From positions 124,001 through 158,346 of the forward strand of contig NW_027191494.1 in assembly GCF_011745625.1 (NCBI RefSeq): a stretch of 34,346 nucleotides of DNA, given 5' to 3'. Source of the DNA: Cladosporium halotolerans (lineage: Eukaryota). Under the pieces are notes generated by a model. The model was not told the origin of the DNA. It was given only the letters and a program-made list of their open reading frames with translations, and searched no databases. Positions 1 to 10,311 of the stretch are shown in pieces. Positions within the stretch are counted from its first letter, which is position 1, and every line of letters begins with the position of its first letter. A program made the position numbers and the translations under genes.

Positions 1-498
1 CTCTTGGCCCGCAATAACGCTGCCAACGACCTGGGTCAAGCAATGAACACGCAGCAGCAATCCCAAACCACCTCCACCAACGATAACGATGGTTTTGGAA
101 TTCCTGACACTGCTTCATGCCTCAGAACCGCCTTGGAGGACGCAAGCGTATGCAGTCGTTCAGTCATTGTTCGACTCCAGAAATCTACCAAGGCGGCTAT
201 GGACTTCAACGAGCAAATCGATCAGATGATCCACGCTTTGGACTCTACCGCCTTGAAGCAGCAAATAAACTCCGATGCTGAAGACGTCACCAACGAGGCG
301 AAGTCCAAGAAAACCGGCAAGGATGATCACCAGTGGTCAGAAGCATGGCGCAAGGCGAAGGTCATCTTGCCCTGGGCGCTTGTTGTCGTGCTGTGCCTTG
401 TGATGTATTTCATGCTTATGGAGGCCTCGCGAGTGATTTATGAGCAGGAGAAGACGATCGAGATGCTCAGCCGCACGATACTTTATTCTGGCCATTGA
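1..498 (+). CDS. Hypothetical protein with a C-terminal transmembrane helix (probably 5'-partial)
   Basis: The frame is open from the window edge to TGA at 496-498. It has helical/coiled-coil-like segments and a hydrophobic stretch VILPWALVVVLCLVMYFMLM near the C-terminus. No family recognised. Confidence 0.6.
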   Translation, partial: LLARNNAANDLGQAMNTQQQSQTTSTNDNDGFGIPDTASCLRTALEDASVCSRSVIVRLQKSTKAAMDFNEQIDQMIHALDSTALKQQINSDAEDVTNEAKSKKTGKDDHQWSEAWRKAKVILPWALVVVLCLVMYFMLMEASRVIYEQEKTIEMLSRTILYSGH

Positions 499-1198
499 TG
501 AGTTAGGAGGAGACATAGGCCACAGGAACGAACGCGAAGCTTGGGCAGTGAGGGTTGCGGTCAGCGATTGTGATAAATGAGAAAGACAAAAATTTGTGAC
601 ATTGAAACCAGATGTCTTTCCAAGATTTTTTTCCTTTGCTTCTGCATGACTTGCTTTACTAACGAATGACATGCTCAAAAGAAAGTCTTTGATGAGTATA
701 CCCGGGTGTCTCAACGAGGCTGTATTCGCCCCGATGATGTGGTATTGCCTCGCTTTTCTATTCGATTTGGAATCGCAGTCACTGCACACGAATCCACAAG
801 TCCAAGTTGTGCTTACTTTTCTGTTCGAGGCTCGAGGGATATGCATTGGGGCGTGCTGCTTAGTGCAGCCGATTTGTGATCAGTCCTCCGATCAAAAGAA
901 AGACGAGGCAAGTGCCAAGCCGATCTCAGCCCTCTTCCATTTTTATACGTCGACCGTGGAGATCACTTGACCAGGCGAAATATCAAGGCGACAGCTCGTG
1001 CATTCAACCCATGGTTCACATGTCATCTGATGCCTTCGAGGTATCCCACAATAGCCTCGTTTGTTGAGGTCCACCAACTTTCTGACTGCAACAATCCGAG
1101 CGCTCTCTTGTCGATAGCGATTTTTGCGTGGCACAGCTGATGGAAGCTGCATAGCGGTGAGCTTGGTGCATGGAGGGGCCGTCGAGCTGTTCACAACT

Positions 1199-1205
1199 TA
1201 TATAA
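1199..1205 (+). promoter_or_regulatory. Putative TATA box of the gene at 1302
   Basis: TATATAA about 100 nt upstream of ATG 1302, followed by a CT-rich tract typical of fungal core promoters. Confidence 0.45.
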
Positions 1206-1301
1206 GAGGACATTTCTCGAAGCTGGATCTTTCGTTCGATTATAATTTCAATTGAACATCATCTCGTCTCCTACCTTGTCTGTCTTACCAATCTCAACAA
1301 G

Positions 1302-2474
1302 ATGTCGATTAAAGCAACACCTGGGTTCCAAGCGGACAATGACACCGGAGACTTCTGTCTAATCACCCCTGATCCGACAATTCCCATCGTCTCCGGCGAA
1401 GACGCAGCTCATCACTTAATCGTTGATGACGTCCCCTGCGATCCGCCTGCCTTCTCGACAGGTGTCAATCCTGCTTGCAGAGGCACAATGCTCCCAACAA
1501 TGCCGGAAGCCGTCGACAATAACCCTCATGAATCCGCGATTCAGTCCGACAACAAGGTCCATGGCAAACCCGACCCGGCAGAGGAAAGCATGATGCTGTT
1601 CCTGCTGGAGGACAATCGCAAACTCAAGCAGAAACTTGCGACACTTGAAGACAGTCGTGAGAGCCAACCCAGGGACCGCGCGGTGCAGCTACAGGGCGAA
1701 CGTTCTTGTTGTCCGCGTGCTCCTACTGCAAGGCTCGTGGACAAGAAAGTTCTGCAATTGCTGTCCGATGCTCACGCCACGGAGAAGACAAGCCCGGGCG
1801 TTTTCGAGGAGCCTCCTCTCATCCCGTCCGCTCCAGAGCAGCCGCCAGAGACCCCCGAGCAGCCCACGCCAGAAAAGCCCATCAGCAACGCCCGCCACTA
1901 CAGCGAAGCGACGCAGCTCTGGAACGCAATCCGCACCGTCTGCGACCTGCTCGAAGCGTCCCGAAAGCCCAGCAAGGAGAAATCCAAATCGGCCTCTCCA
2001 CCAGACTGTGGCGGGCCTGTTCCGCCGGAGGCAGACTTTCACGATCCTTTCGCAGCGATCGACCCCATGCCACCGCACGACGTGCTGGACGAGTTCGACT
2101 TCGACGCTTACCTCGCGGGGCTCAAAGTCCAGCCGGAAGAAGTCGAGTTCGGCAACAGCAAGTTCAGCGCTCTGTGTGCGGTGCAGGAGCTCGAGCGTAG
2201 GTTTGGAGTCGGGGGGAAAGGCGGGAGCAAGCCGAAGAAAGGGAAGAAGAAGGTCGGTGGGAAAGTTGTGGGAGGGAAGAAGAAAGATGTCAAGACGCTT
2301 AGGCGTAGGGCTGCTGATGCGATGGGAGCGTTTTGGGAGAAGCTGAGTCTGGAGAATCTCTCGGGGTTGTGTAATTTTGGGATTCTGCTCGTGTTTGTTG
2401 TTATTGCGTTCCAGCTTTCGGCGATTGCAGGCTTGATGACGCAGGATCACAAGACTGCCAGGTCTTGGTGGTGA
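1302..2474 (+). CDS. Hypothetical 390-aa protein with a short coiled coil, Pro-rich and Lys-rich regions and a C-terminal transmembrane helix
   Basis: Long single ORF with ATG in good context (CAAGATGTC). Coiled-coil-like LLEDNRKLKQKLATLE and hydrophobic FGILLVFVVIAFQLSAIAGLM near the C-terminus. Confidence 0.7.
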   Translation: MSIKATPGFQADNDTGDFCLITPDPTIPIVSGEDAAHHLIVDDVPCDPPAFSTGVNPACRGTMLPTMPEAVDNNPHESAIQSDNKVHGKPDPAEESMMLFLLEDNRKLKQKLATLEDSRESQPRDRAVQLQGERSCCPRAPTARLVDKKVLQLLSDAHATEKTSPGVFEEPPLIPSAPEQPPETPEQPTPEKPISNARHYSEATQLWNAIRTVCDLLEASRKPSKEKSKSASPPDCGGPVPPEADFHDPFAAIDPMPPHDVLDEFDFDAYLAGLKVQPEEVEFGNSKFSALCAVQELERRFGVGGKGGSKPKKGKKKVGGKVVGGKKKDVKTLRRRAADAMGAFWEKLSLENLSGLCNFGILLVFVVIAFQLSAIAGLMTQDHKTARSWW

Positions 2475-2825
2475 GAGACCCCGGTGTAAGGCGCTCGTTG
2501 ATGGTTTGATTGGCGTCGGTTATGGCGCTTGAGGAGTGCTTTTGGGTGATAGTGTGATTCAAAAAGTCTCGGTTTTGTAGTTCCTTGGGTGCGACTAAAA
2601 GGTTCCTATTGGGAAACGTAACAATAATGGGTTGGATGTCAAGAGAGAGATTGTTACTGGGAGATCTTGGCTTGACGGGATTGAGTAATTTCTGAGTTAG
2701 CTAACCGCGCTTTGATTAATGGATCATGCAAATGTCGTTGGCTCGGACGTGATGCACTTCACTTCTTGCGGATTCCAGCTGTGGCATGCAAAGAGGTAAG
2801 TCTTCTCACAAGCTGTGCTGGAATC

Positions 2826-4247
2826 TCACATAGAGCTTCCCGAGGATGAAGAGTTCACGCTCTCCGTGCTTCTGCCCGCAGGATGCTCCAGGTCTTTCTT
2901 GCCAGGGATGACTCTTGCACACCAGGAACACCAGCTGCGGTTCAGCCCTTCCTGTTCCCTACTCAGATATCTTCCAGTACTCCTTTCGTCCTCATAGTGC
3001 TTCACGGCGTGTCCAACGCAGACCTTCTCTTTCACCTTGGTCTTAAGCTGACCGCCAATGCCCACGATCTCTTGTGTCATATAGCTGCAGCCTCTGTACT
3101 CATGGCCGGGCGATTCTGTTCCATCTGTTGCGAGCTCTTCGGCGCAGCATTCGTGCTCGCGATATACATCCTCCGCGGCGAGGCAGTCTCGGCGTCGGCC
3201 GCATTCGACTCCTTCGTTACCTTCACCGAGGCCTGCACCAATGCCGCCGCATTCTGAGTATCGGATACGCCAATTGACGCTCCGCTGGTGGTTGGTGTCG
3301 TCTTGTCGAGAAGCGAGGCCGCAAGGTTGACACAACCAGACGTTGTCAGTGCAGATGCATGGCGTGCGCGCGAACGCTGAATGCGTGAAGGAGTCGCTGT
3401 GCCTGATGCGGAAATTAGAGACAGGCGACTAGCGACTAGAAGAGTAACAACGTACATATTAGGCTCGAAATCATTAGGCGTTACGCTCGTCAATCTGTTG
3501 AGCGGTGCTTTCATGCACGTCTTGCAAAGCCTCCGGTGCCTGCCCTTGAGATCGCGAGGATGGGGCGGCTTGGCTATGCAGTTCTGTTTAATGAATCAGT
3601 ACCGTTGACCTCGAATGGATTGAGCAGTTGCCCATAGTTGCCCATACCCGGCAAACGATCTTGCTACACTTCCTGCACTCGCCAACCATATCACGTGCGC
3701 AAGGGCCCACTTTGCCAGTGGTAAACCGGTCGACCTTGTGGTCGCTCCGGCGACCCATCCATGTCGTGAAGGTATTATGAAACGCTTCACCGAGGCTTGT
3801 TACAGGATCGGGACGCTCATTGGCACAACGCAGCGTCAGCGCCTTGAGCATCGTCCTGTACTGGAGCAGGTTGGCTCGGAATTGGCGGCATGTTCGCGAC
3901 AGGTCGTGAAGCGAGTTGAGGTCGAGCAGGCAAGCCAGCTGCGACACAATACTGCATTTGCATGTCAGGAGTGAGGGTCCTAGAGATCTCTGATCCTCTC
4001 GGATGTGCAAGTGAAAGGTCCGAGGTGCCAATATGCATGGCGAACCGACTCGCTTCCAGCTGGAAGTCGCCTCAGGACCAGCACAGGGCAAAGTAGGGAT
4101 TGCTCACGGGTAGCAGCTCAAAGCAGCTGAGAAGCCGTTGATATTTGGATTGGGCCTGCCGTCATCCGTGATAACAGCAGGAGGCGGCTGATGACTAGCC
4201 TCCGGATCTGGAGTATCTTCGTCGTCGAGGCATAGCAAGCGGACCAT
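2826..4247 (-). CDS. Conserved fungal Cys-rich protein with an F-box-like N-terminal motif; model complement(join(2826..3402,3456..3583,3648..3951,4108..4247)), 382 aa
   Basis: Three GT-AG introns with branch sites (3952-4107, 3584-3647, 3403-3455) join four segments into one frame of 1149 nt. Motifs: CYPIVSQLACLLDLNSLHDLSRTCRQFR (F-box-like), CRKCSKIVCRNC, LCKTC, CICxxxVWLCQPC, WCSWC. The start codon is tentative. Confidence 0.8.
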
Positions 4248-5987
4248 CGTCTGTCAATACCGACAGAGGCGGCATCAGAGCGAGCGCGCCGTGTGATGTT
4301 TCTTGTAGGGCACAGGACGCGCGATGAGCGATATTGTCGTGCAACGATATCGGAGTTGGGATCATACGACGAGACGACGGTGTTTGTCTGGGGAAGGTGG
4401 CGACAGCGGGGCATGAGAGACGGGTGGATCCTCGGCCCGCGACGTGATTTGGCGCCGTGGCTGGCCGAGTGACTGACCGCCAGCCCTCCTTGAACGCGCA
4501 CCCAAAACCACGCATGAAAGCCATCCCACCGCTTGCTGCAAAATCACGCAAACCGGCGCTGTGACGCGTCGACATCCCATGTCGTACCTTGAGACTCGGT
4601 GGTCCGCGGTGACACCAATCGAGGTAGGCAGGCCATCGGTTCTAGATGTCCAAGCGCCTTTCGATGGGCGCAAATATCACGCCTTCTTCTCATCAACTGA
4701 CAGGCCGAGGCGTACAAGGATGCCTTTTGCGTGGCATGGCGTGGTCTTATGCATCGCTGACCTCTGATGCGAGACTTCGTCCACTCAGGTATACTGAAAT
4801 CGAAACACCAACAGTGACGACTCTGCAGCAGGCGAGACCCAAAATCACTCTGCTCAGAGGATGGGACTGCAACGGTTGCATCGCTTGCACCGCTCCGGTA
4901 AACCCTTTTCTCTGATCGAAGAGTAGCGGACATAGCAAGCCTCGCAGGTGCATCTCGGTTACAAAGCCTCCTGCAGGCGTCACCACAAGCGAAATGACAC
5001 CAAGGCACCAACCAGGCGGTATCTGTACTTCCCCGCCTCCACGTGTCGAGCCAGGATTGCGATCTGCCCCAAGAATAGACAGCTGCATACCTGCGAGCAA
5101 TCTGAAGTAGAGTAGTGTCCACTTTGGCCCTCAAGCCATGAGATGCCTTGGCGAGTATCTATTTTCGTCGCATCGCACCACAACTGCAAGAGCCCTTGGG
5201 ATTGGCAGAGGTACTGCTTGAAAATGAGACCTACTCACATGCAGAGTGGGTGCTCCGTCATGAGGCTTCCGGAACTGCCATGTGAGCATCCTGCAGAGGC
5301 AAGTCGTCCTCTCATGACCGAAAAGCGAACACCCGTCTCAGACCGAATCAGTGTGCGTGCCACGGAAATGGCTTGACGGTCACAAATCGTTTCAGAATCC
5401 TCCGTGAAAGTCTCGACCCTACGGCAGGTCCGGTCTGCAGGCCACGGACTGTCGGCATGGGATATAGACTTCAGCTATACTGTAACAGGCAAGTAACAAA
5501 TCCTTCGAGGCTTTAGTTGCCTGAATGTTGGGAATGTCAGCAATATGTGCGGAAGCTAGTCCTGAGAAGGAGTACTCTGCAAGTGTATCGCCGCGCCCAC
5601 CTACCAGATGGTCGCATGCCATCTTCACTGTGCCTAATTTACAGCACCCTGTGGTGATCGAGGAAAACGGCGATTCCGGATTGGCTTCATTTTTGGCGTC
5701 CTCGCGATGATACAAGCGCGTCTGTCACCAGCGCTGTACCCAACCTGCCTGTCTGCCTGCTGTGTACTTGCCAACTTGTGTTGACCGTCTGGACTTCAGA
5801 GCCTTGGCACTTGCAATCACTGGTCCTAATATTGGGTCACGGCGTCTATCACCAGCATCGCCCAACATTGGTTGCATCTGGCGATGAGACCCGCCGAAAG
5901 GCGTCGGCTTATTGATACTCGGCCTAGGATGCGGCCTCGTTGCGCCGCTACCGCAAACCTAACACGCTGGCGCTCGGATATATCAGC

Positions 5988-8441
5988 ATGGACCCCGGCG
6001 TTTCTGGCAGGTTCATTAGTGAGGCCGCCCAAACTGATCCAAACATTCACAGTACTCGGACGAAAAGGCATGTCACTGCGGGCGGACTTCCAGACAACTG
6101 CAATATCGGCCCATCACGCAAAAGGAAATTGTCAATCACTCCAGGAGACACCATGCATCGATCTACCTCGCCATTCGATGAACTCCGCAGTGCGAACCTT
6201 ACAAAGACTGGCCGAGTGAGCAAAGCGACCAAAGGCCAGCCCGTGCATCACTGCGAGTGTGGCAAGACATACACCCGTGCTGAGCACCTACGAAGGCATC
6301 AACAGAATCACAAGTCTGGAAGTTTCCTCTGCGACGTTGACGAGTGCGGGCGGGCTTTCCACAGGGAAGATCTCTTGATCAGACACAAGTCGAAATATCA
6401 TGATCAGTTCAACCGTTCAAGCGAAATGGCTCCTTCTGGCGCACATGCAGCATTCAAACACTCAGACACTACTTCACCTCCATCTGCTCCGCCACTCGAG
6501 GACAACCAGAGCAGAATCACCGATAGTACAGGGCTGCTGGCAGGCAGTTTCGCAAACCAGCCAACGCAGCAGGTAGCCGCGAAATCAGCTCGCAGAGGCC
6601 ATATTCCACTCACAGAGCTAAGACCTTCCTCAAACATCGTCAGCTTTGATGAGACCGCAAAGGACATTTGGAACACCCAGCAACTGGCTTCGTCATCATG
6701 GTTTTCTACCCCTTTGCATTCACTCGACGGCGGTTCTGACACTCCTGAGTCAATGTATCAGCAGTACACCCACACTCAGATCCCACCTCACGTGAACGCC
6801 ATGCAAGATTGGATGAGTGGAATTCATTCGTACAGCACTTCATCCCCAGCATCTGGCGACTCTGCCGTTCCAACGCCTTACGGGCAATCATGGAGCTTTG
6901 CGCCAGTTCTCGACACGTATTGGGATCACAGCCAGCACACCAGGACGTCATACAAATCTTCAGCGCTCGAAGTTCCTGACAATTCCAGTTCGATGCTACC
7001 GCAGTGTCGCGACATACTAGAAAAAGATGACTTGATGACTCCCACGACCGCGCCCCAAGCGTCTAGCTTTGGGCCAAACCAATACCGTCGAGGCACTGAG
7101 AGCAACGAACAGCGTTACCTGGAGGCATACTGGCAGCTTATTCACCCGTCTTGGCCAGTCATCCACAAACCCTCGTTCGAGTTGTCTCATGCGTCGCCGC
7201 TGCTGCGTGCGGCAATGCTCACTTGGGGGGCGCATTCAACGGGCAGACAGGTCGATTTGTTCAATGCATGTGTCCTACATAGACGCTGCCTGAAAGTTTT
7301 GAAGAAACGCACAATCAATGGATGGCACACTCATCGAGTGTGCGACGTACAAGCAATATTTCTCCTTGAACTTTTCGCGGTCTTCAGGTCTCGACGTCCA
7401 CCTTTTCAGCTTTCTGCATACTTTTTGGACGCATACGTTACAATGGCAAGAGAGTGTGATGGGCTCCTGACCGAGATGGTGCATGCATCAACTCAGCCGA
7501 TGAACACGCTCTATGGGTTTCCTTCAATCTCATATGATCATGAGAGCAAGCAGCGCTTACTAGCAGCGTGCTATGTGCTCGACATTCTCCATGCCACCCT
7601 TTTCGGGCGACAGAGAGCTGAGATCCCCGACGTCACTCCAGCAAGTTTAATCCTCCCCCAACCGCTGCACACCTGGGATCAGCAACCGGCACAGCATCCT
7701 TATCCGTACAGCACCACCATCGACACCCAACACTTCACACCCCAACCAACTCTCCAACAAGCCTCCCCAGCCTCCTTCTCAGGCTCTCTCACCTCACCAA
7801 CTCAGCACCACGACACTTTCACCTCCCTCCTGCTCCTCGTATACGCATCGACCAACGCACCCAATAACCAAGCACCACCCTCTCACCCCCAAACCTCCAA
7901 CCCCTCCTTAGCCCTCACCACCCACCTCCTCTCCCTCGCCACCCTCGTTCCCGTCCGCGCTCTCCTCGCCACCGCTGGCGAATCCTGGGCCCTCGCCGAG
8001 AAACTCCCCTCGCGCGCCGCCTACGCCGCCGCACAAGCCTCTCTCCGCTCCTGGGCCACCTCCCCAACCTCCTCGGGCCGAGCGCTCCTGCACGCGGCCG
8101 AGATCCTCCACTTCCATAGGAACCATCTGCGCACGGGCCTGCTGTGGCACGAGTGGTCGGTGTACCTCGCTGCGCTGGTTGTGTGGGCGTGCGCTTATGT
8201 GGGGGGTGAAGCGGGCGGGGACCCAGAGCAGGATATGGTGGCGGAGCAGGAGGTTGATGGGGTTGTGAGGCGATTGCGGGAGGGGGTTGTTCCGACGATG
8301 GGGGAGGCGGGGAGGGTGGTGCTGTGGGTTAAAGGGAGGGTGGAGAAGATGGGGGTTGCGAGGGTTTGTGGGGTTGTGGGGGATGCGGTGGGGGTTTTGG
8401 GGAGGTTGGGGGAGAGGGGGGAGGAGGGGGGTTGGTTTTGA
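5988..8441 (+). CDS. C2H2 zinc-finger transcription factor with a fungal-specific TF middle homology region
   Basis: Tandem fingers CECGKTYTRAEHLRRHQQNH and CDVDECGRAFHREDLLIRHKSKYH, plus an MHR-like YLEAYWQLIHPSWPVIHKPSF. First ATG at 5988; no intron is needed. Confidence 0.9.
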   Translation: MDPGVSGRFISEAAQTDPNIHSTRTKRHVTAGGLPDNCNIGPSRKRKLSITPGDTMHRSTSPFDELRSANLTKTGRVSKATKGQPVHHCECGKTYTRAEHLRRHQQNHKSGSFLCDVDECGRAFHREDLLIRHKSKYHDQFNRSSEMAPSGAHAAFKHSDTTSPPSAPPLEDNQSRITDSTGLLAGSFANQPTQQVAAKSARRGHIPLTELRPSSNIVSFDETAKDIWNTQQLASSSWFSTPLHSLDGGSDTPESMYQQYTHTQIPPHVNAMQDWMSGIHSYSTSSPASGDSAVPTPYGQSWSFAPVLDTYWDHSQHTRTSYKSSALEVPDNSSSMLPQCRDILEKDDLMTPTTAPQASSFGPNQYRRGTESNEQRYLEAYWQLIHPSWPVIHKPSFELSHASPLLRAAMLTWGAHSTGRQVDLFNACVLHRRCLKVLKKRTINGWHTHRVCDVQAIFLLELFAVFRSRRPPFQLSAYFLDAYVTMARECDGLLTEMVHASTQPMNTLYGFPSISYDHESKQRLLAACYVLDILHATLFGRQRAEIPDVTPASLILPQPLHTWDQQPAQHPYPYSTTIDTQHFTPQPTLQQASPASFSGSLTSPTQHHDTFTSLLLLVYASTNAPNNQAPPSHPQTSNPSLALTTHLLSLATLVPVRALLATAGESWALAEKLPSRAAYAAAQASLRSWATSPTSSGRALLHAAEILHFHRNHLRTGLLWHEWSVYLAALVVWACAYVGGEAGGDPEQDMVAEQEVDGVVRRLREGVVPTMGEAGRVVLWVKGRVEKMGVARVCGVVGDAVGVLGRLGERGEEGGWF

Positions 8442-8490
8442 GGGAGAAGGTGGGTTGTTGGAGGGTTGTAAGGGGGTCCGATGGGGGAGA
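8200..8490 (+). repeat. G-rich low-complexity tract with many G-runs (potential G-quadruplex)
   Basis: Runs such as GGGGGTTTTGGGGAGGTTGGGGGAGAGGGGGGAGGAGGGGG span the TF C-terminus and stop codon. Confidence 0.6.
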
Positions 8491-8991
8491 AGGTTGGCTT
8501 GTGAGATGTTGCGTGGATAGAATTACATGATGGATAATTGATACACGGCTGTCTGAACAGCTTTTCTCCATCTCTTTTGGCTCAGGGGCGTCTTGCATCT
8601 TTCCCCTTGGCATGGTCAATCAGCGACTCAGGTGTCACCTTTGCTCGCCTGCCTTGTAATACTGGAGTGCACGCGTATGACTCGACATGCAAGCCTCAAA
8701 CTCGCAACCCATCAGAACGGCGACCCTTGGCGTTTAGCTCAAACCATCTGAACTCGGCGCACCCTTCGCTTCGAAGCTCGGCATATAGCGGAGGCCTGTG
8801 GCTAGTCCGAAATCGACCTTCGAATCGTGCTTTTCAACACGACTGTCCTCGACGACGCCAGTCCAGCTCGCTCAGCCAAGCGCCCGGCTCCCATCCGACA
8901 TCACGAGTCCGTCAAAGGCGTAAACTCCTCAGGCGTATCGCTTCCAAAAGAAAAAAAAAAGTACCAATCCCCATTCGAAAAGAACTCCCCC

Positions 8992-10311
8992 TCATCTCTC
9001 CCACCCAACTCTCCCAACCCACGCCCTCCAAGCCCCAACACCCACCCTCCGCCCCGCGTCCTTCTGCACCGCCAGCCGACAACAATCCACAAACTCCTGG
9101 CACGCCTGCACCCGCTTCCGCATCACAGGCTCCATGACGGCGAAACCCAGCGGATCCCCGGCCTTGATCGCCTCGCGCAGCCGAAAGAGATTCCCGCCCG
9201 CGGCGGCCGCGTACGGCGAGCCGAGGATGATGAGCGAGAGCAGCGTGAGGCCGAGGCTCCAGACGTCGCTTGAGGGGGTGGGCGGCGGAGGGGGGTAGCG
9301 GAGGAGTTCGGGCGCGAGGTAGGTCCAGGTTCCGGCGCCGGCGGCCGCGGAGCCGGGGGAGTTGTTGGAGGGGGGCGCGGAGGCGGGGAAGGAGGCGGAG
9401 AAGTCTGCGTAGCGGGCTGTGAGGCGCGTGGGGTTGCGGGGCGTCGGGGCCGGGGAGAGCAGGATGTTGGCGGGTTTGATGTCGGCGTGGACGATGTGCG
9501 CGGTGTTGTGCAGGAAGTCGAGGCCGGCGACGAGGTCGGCGGCCAGGCTGGGGAAGTGCGTGACGAGCTCGAAGTGGCGGCATAGCTCGGTTAGGTGGCT
9601 GAGGCGGTTGGTGAGGTCTTGTAGGGAGCCGGAGGGGAGGGCGGTGAAGACTAGGGCGGTGTTGCGGGGGTCAAGGCCGTGGAAGGGGACGACGTGGGAG
9701 GTGGAGGAGGGGTGGCGGTGGATTTGGGAGAGGGTTTTGGCTTCTTGGTGGAAGACTTCGATCGCGTCGGGGCGGGTGGGGAGTTTGATGGCGTAGAGGC
9801 TGGGCCTGGAGGATTGAGAAGCCTTCTGCGGCGTCACGGGAGGTGTCAGCATTAAGGGACTGGCCAGGTTCGGGCGAGGGTCTGTTGGCTCTGCGATGAA
9901 GACGTCGCTCCAGAGTCCGGAACCAAGCATCCTCGCGCGATCAATCTCATAGTCAATTCTCGAAAAATCATAGTCAAGCACCTCCGGCGCAGACTCGTCG
10001 TCCTCATCTTCGACGATCCCAGACTTCCCCGGCGTCGAAGGTGGCGTCAGGTCCCCAGTCGAAATTCCCAGACCAGAAACACATCCCTGAGACTCCGCCA
10101 ACTCGGACACATCCTGCCGATTGTCACTCGGCACCGTCAACCTCGCCAGATTCGCCGACATGGACTGATGCCTCGAGCGCGGCCTCGCATTCACCCTAGG
10201 CATTTCGATCGCGAGCGGCGCGGTTTCAGACTCGCTGTAGGTGCGCAGCGGCAGAGGCCTCTCTTTAGCTGCTCCGGGATCCCTGAGCGCCAGAACCGCC
10301 GGGTTGGCCAT
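8992..10311 (-). CDS. Ser/Thr protein kinase-like protein (non-RD), 439 aa
   Basis: Gly loop LGSGLWSDV, YAIK lysine, catalytic loop HADIKPANILL, DFS in place of DFG, GTWTYLAPE and SDVWSLG. First ATG at 10311. Confidence 0.88.
   Translation of the reverse strand: MANPAVLALRDPGAAKERPLPLRTYSESETAPLAIEMPRVNARPRSRHQSMSANLARLTVPSDNRQDVSELAESQGCVSGLGISTGDLTPPSTPGKSGIVEDEDDESAPEVLDYDFSRIDYEIDRARMLGSGLWSDVFIAEPTDPRPNLASPLMLTPPVTPQKASQSSRPSLYAIKLPTRPDAIEVFHQEAKTLSQIHRHPSSTSHVVPFHGLDPRNTALVFTALPSGSLQDLTNRLSHLTELCRHFELVTHFPSLAADLVAGLDFLHNTAHIVHADIKPANILLSPAPTPRNPTRLTARYADFSASFPASAPPSNNSPGSAAAGAGTWTYLAPELLRYPPPPPTPSSDVWSLGLTLLSLIILGSPYAAAAGGNLFRLREAIKAGDPLGFAVMEPVMRKRVQACQEFVDCCRLAVQKDAGRRVGVGAWRAWVGRVGWER

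Noticed and set aside
4300..5900. Many short ORFs between the F-box-like gene and the C2H2 TF
   Set aside because: None has an identifiable motif or consistent splice model; the region is best read as a divergent promoter and UTRs.
8538..9273. Overlapping plus-strand ORFs of 199 and 148 aa between and over the TF and kinase 3' ends
   Set aside because: They are low-complexity products of the C-rich skewed tract and overlap the kinase on the opposite strand.
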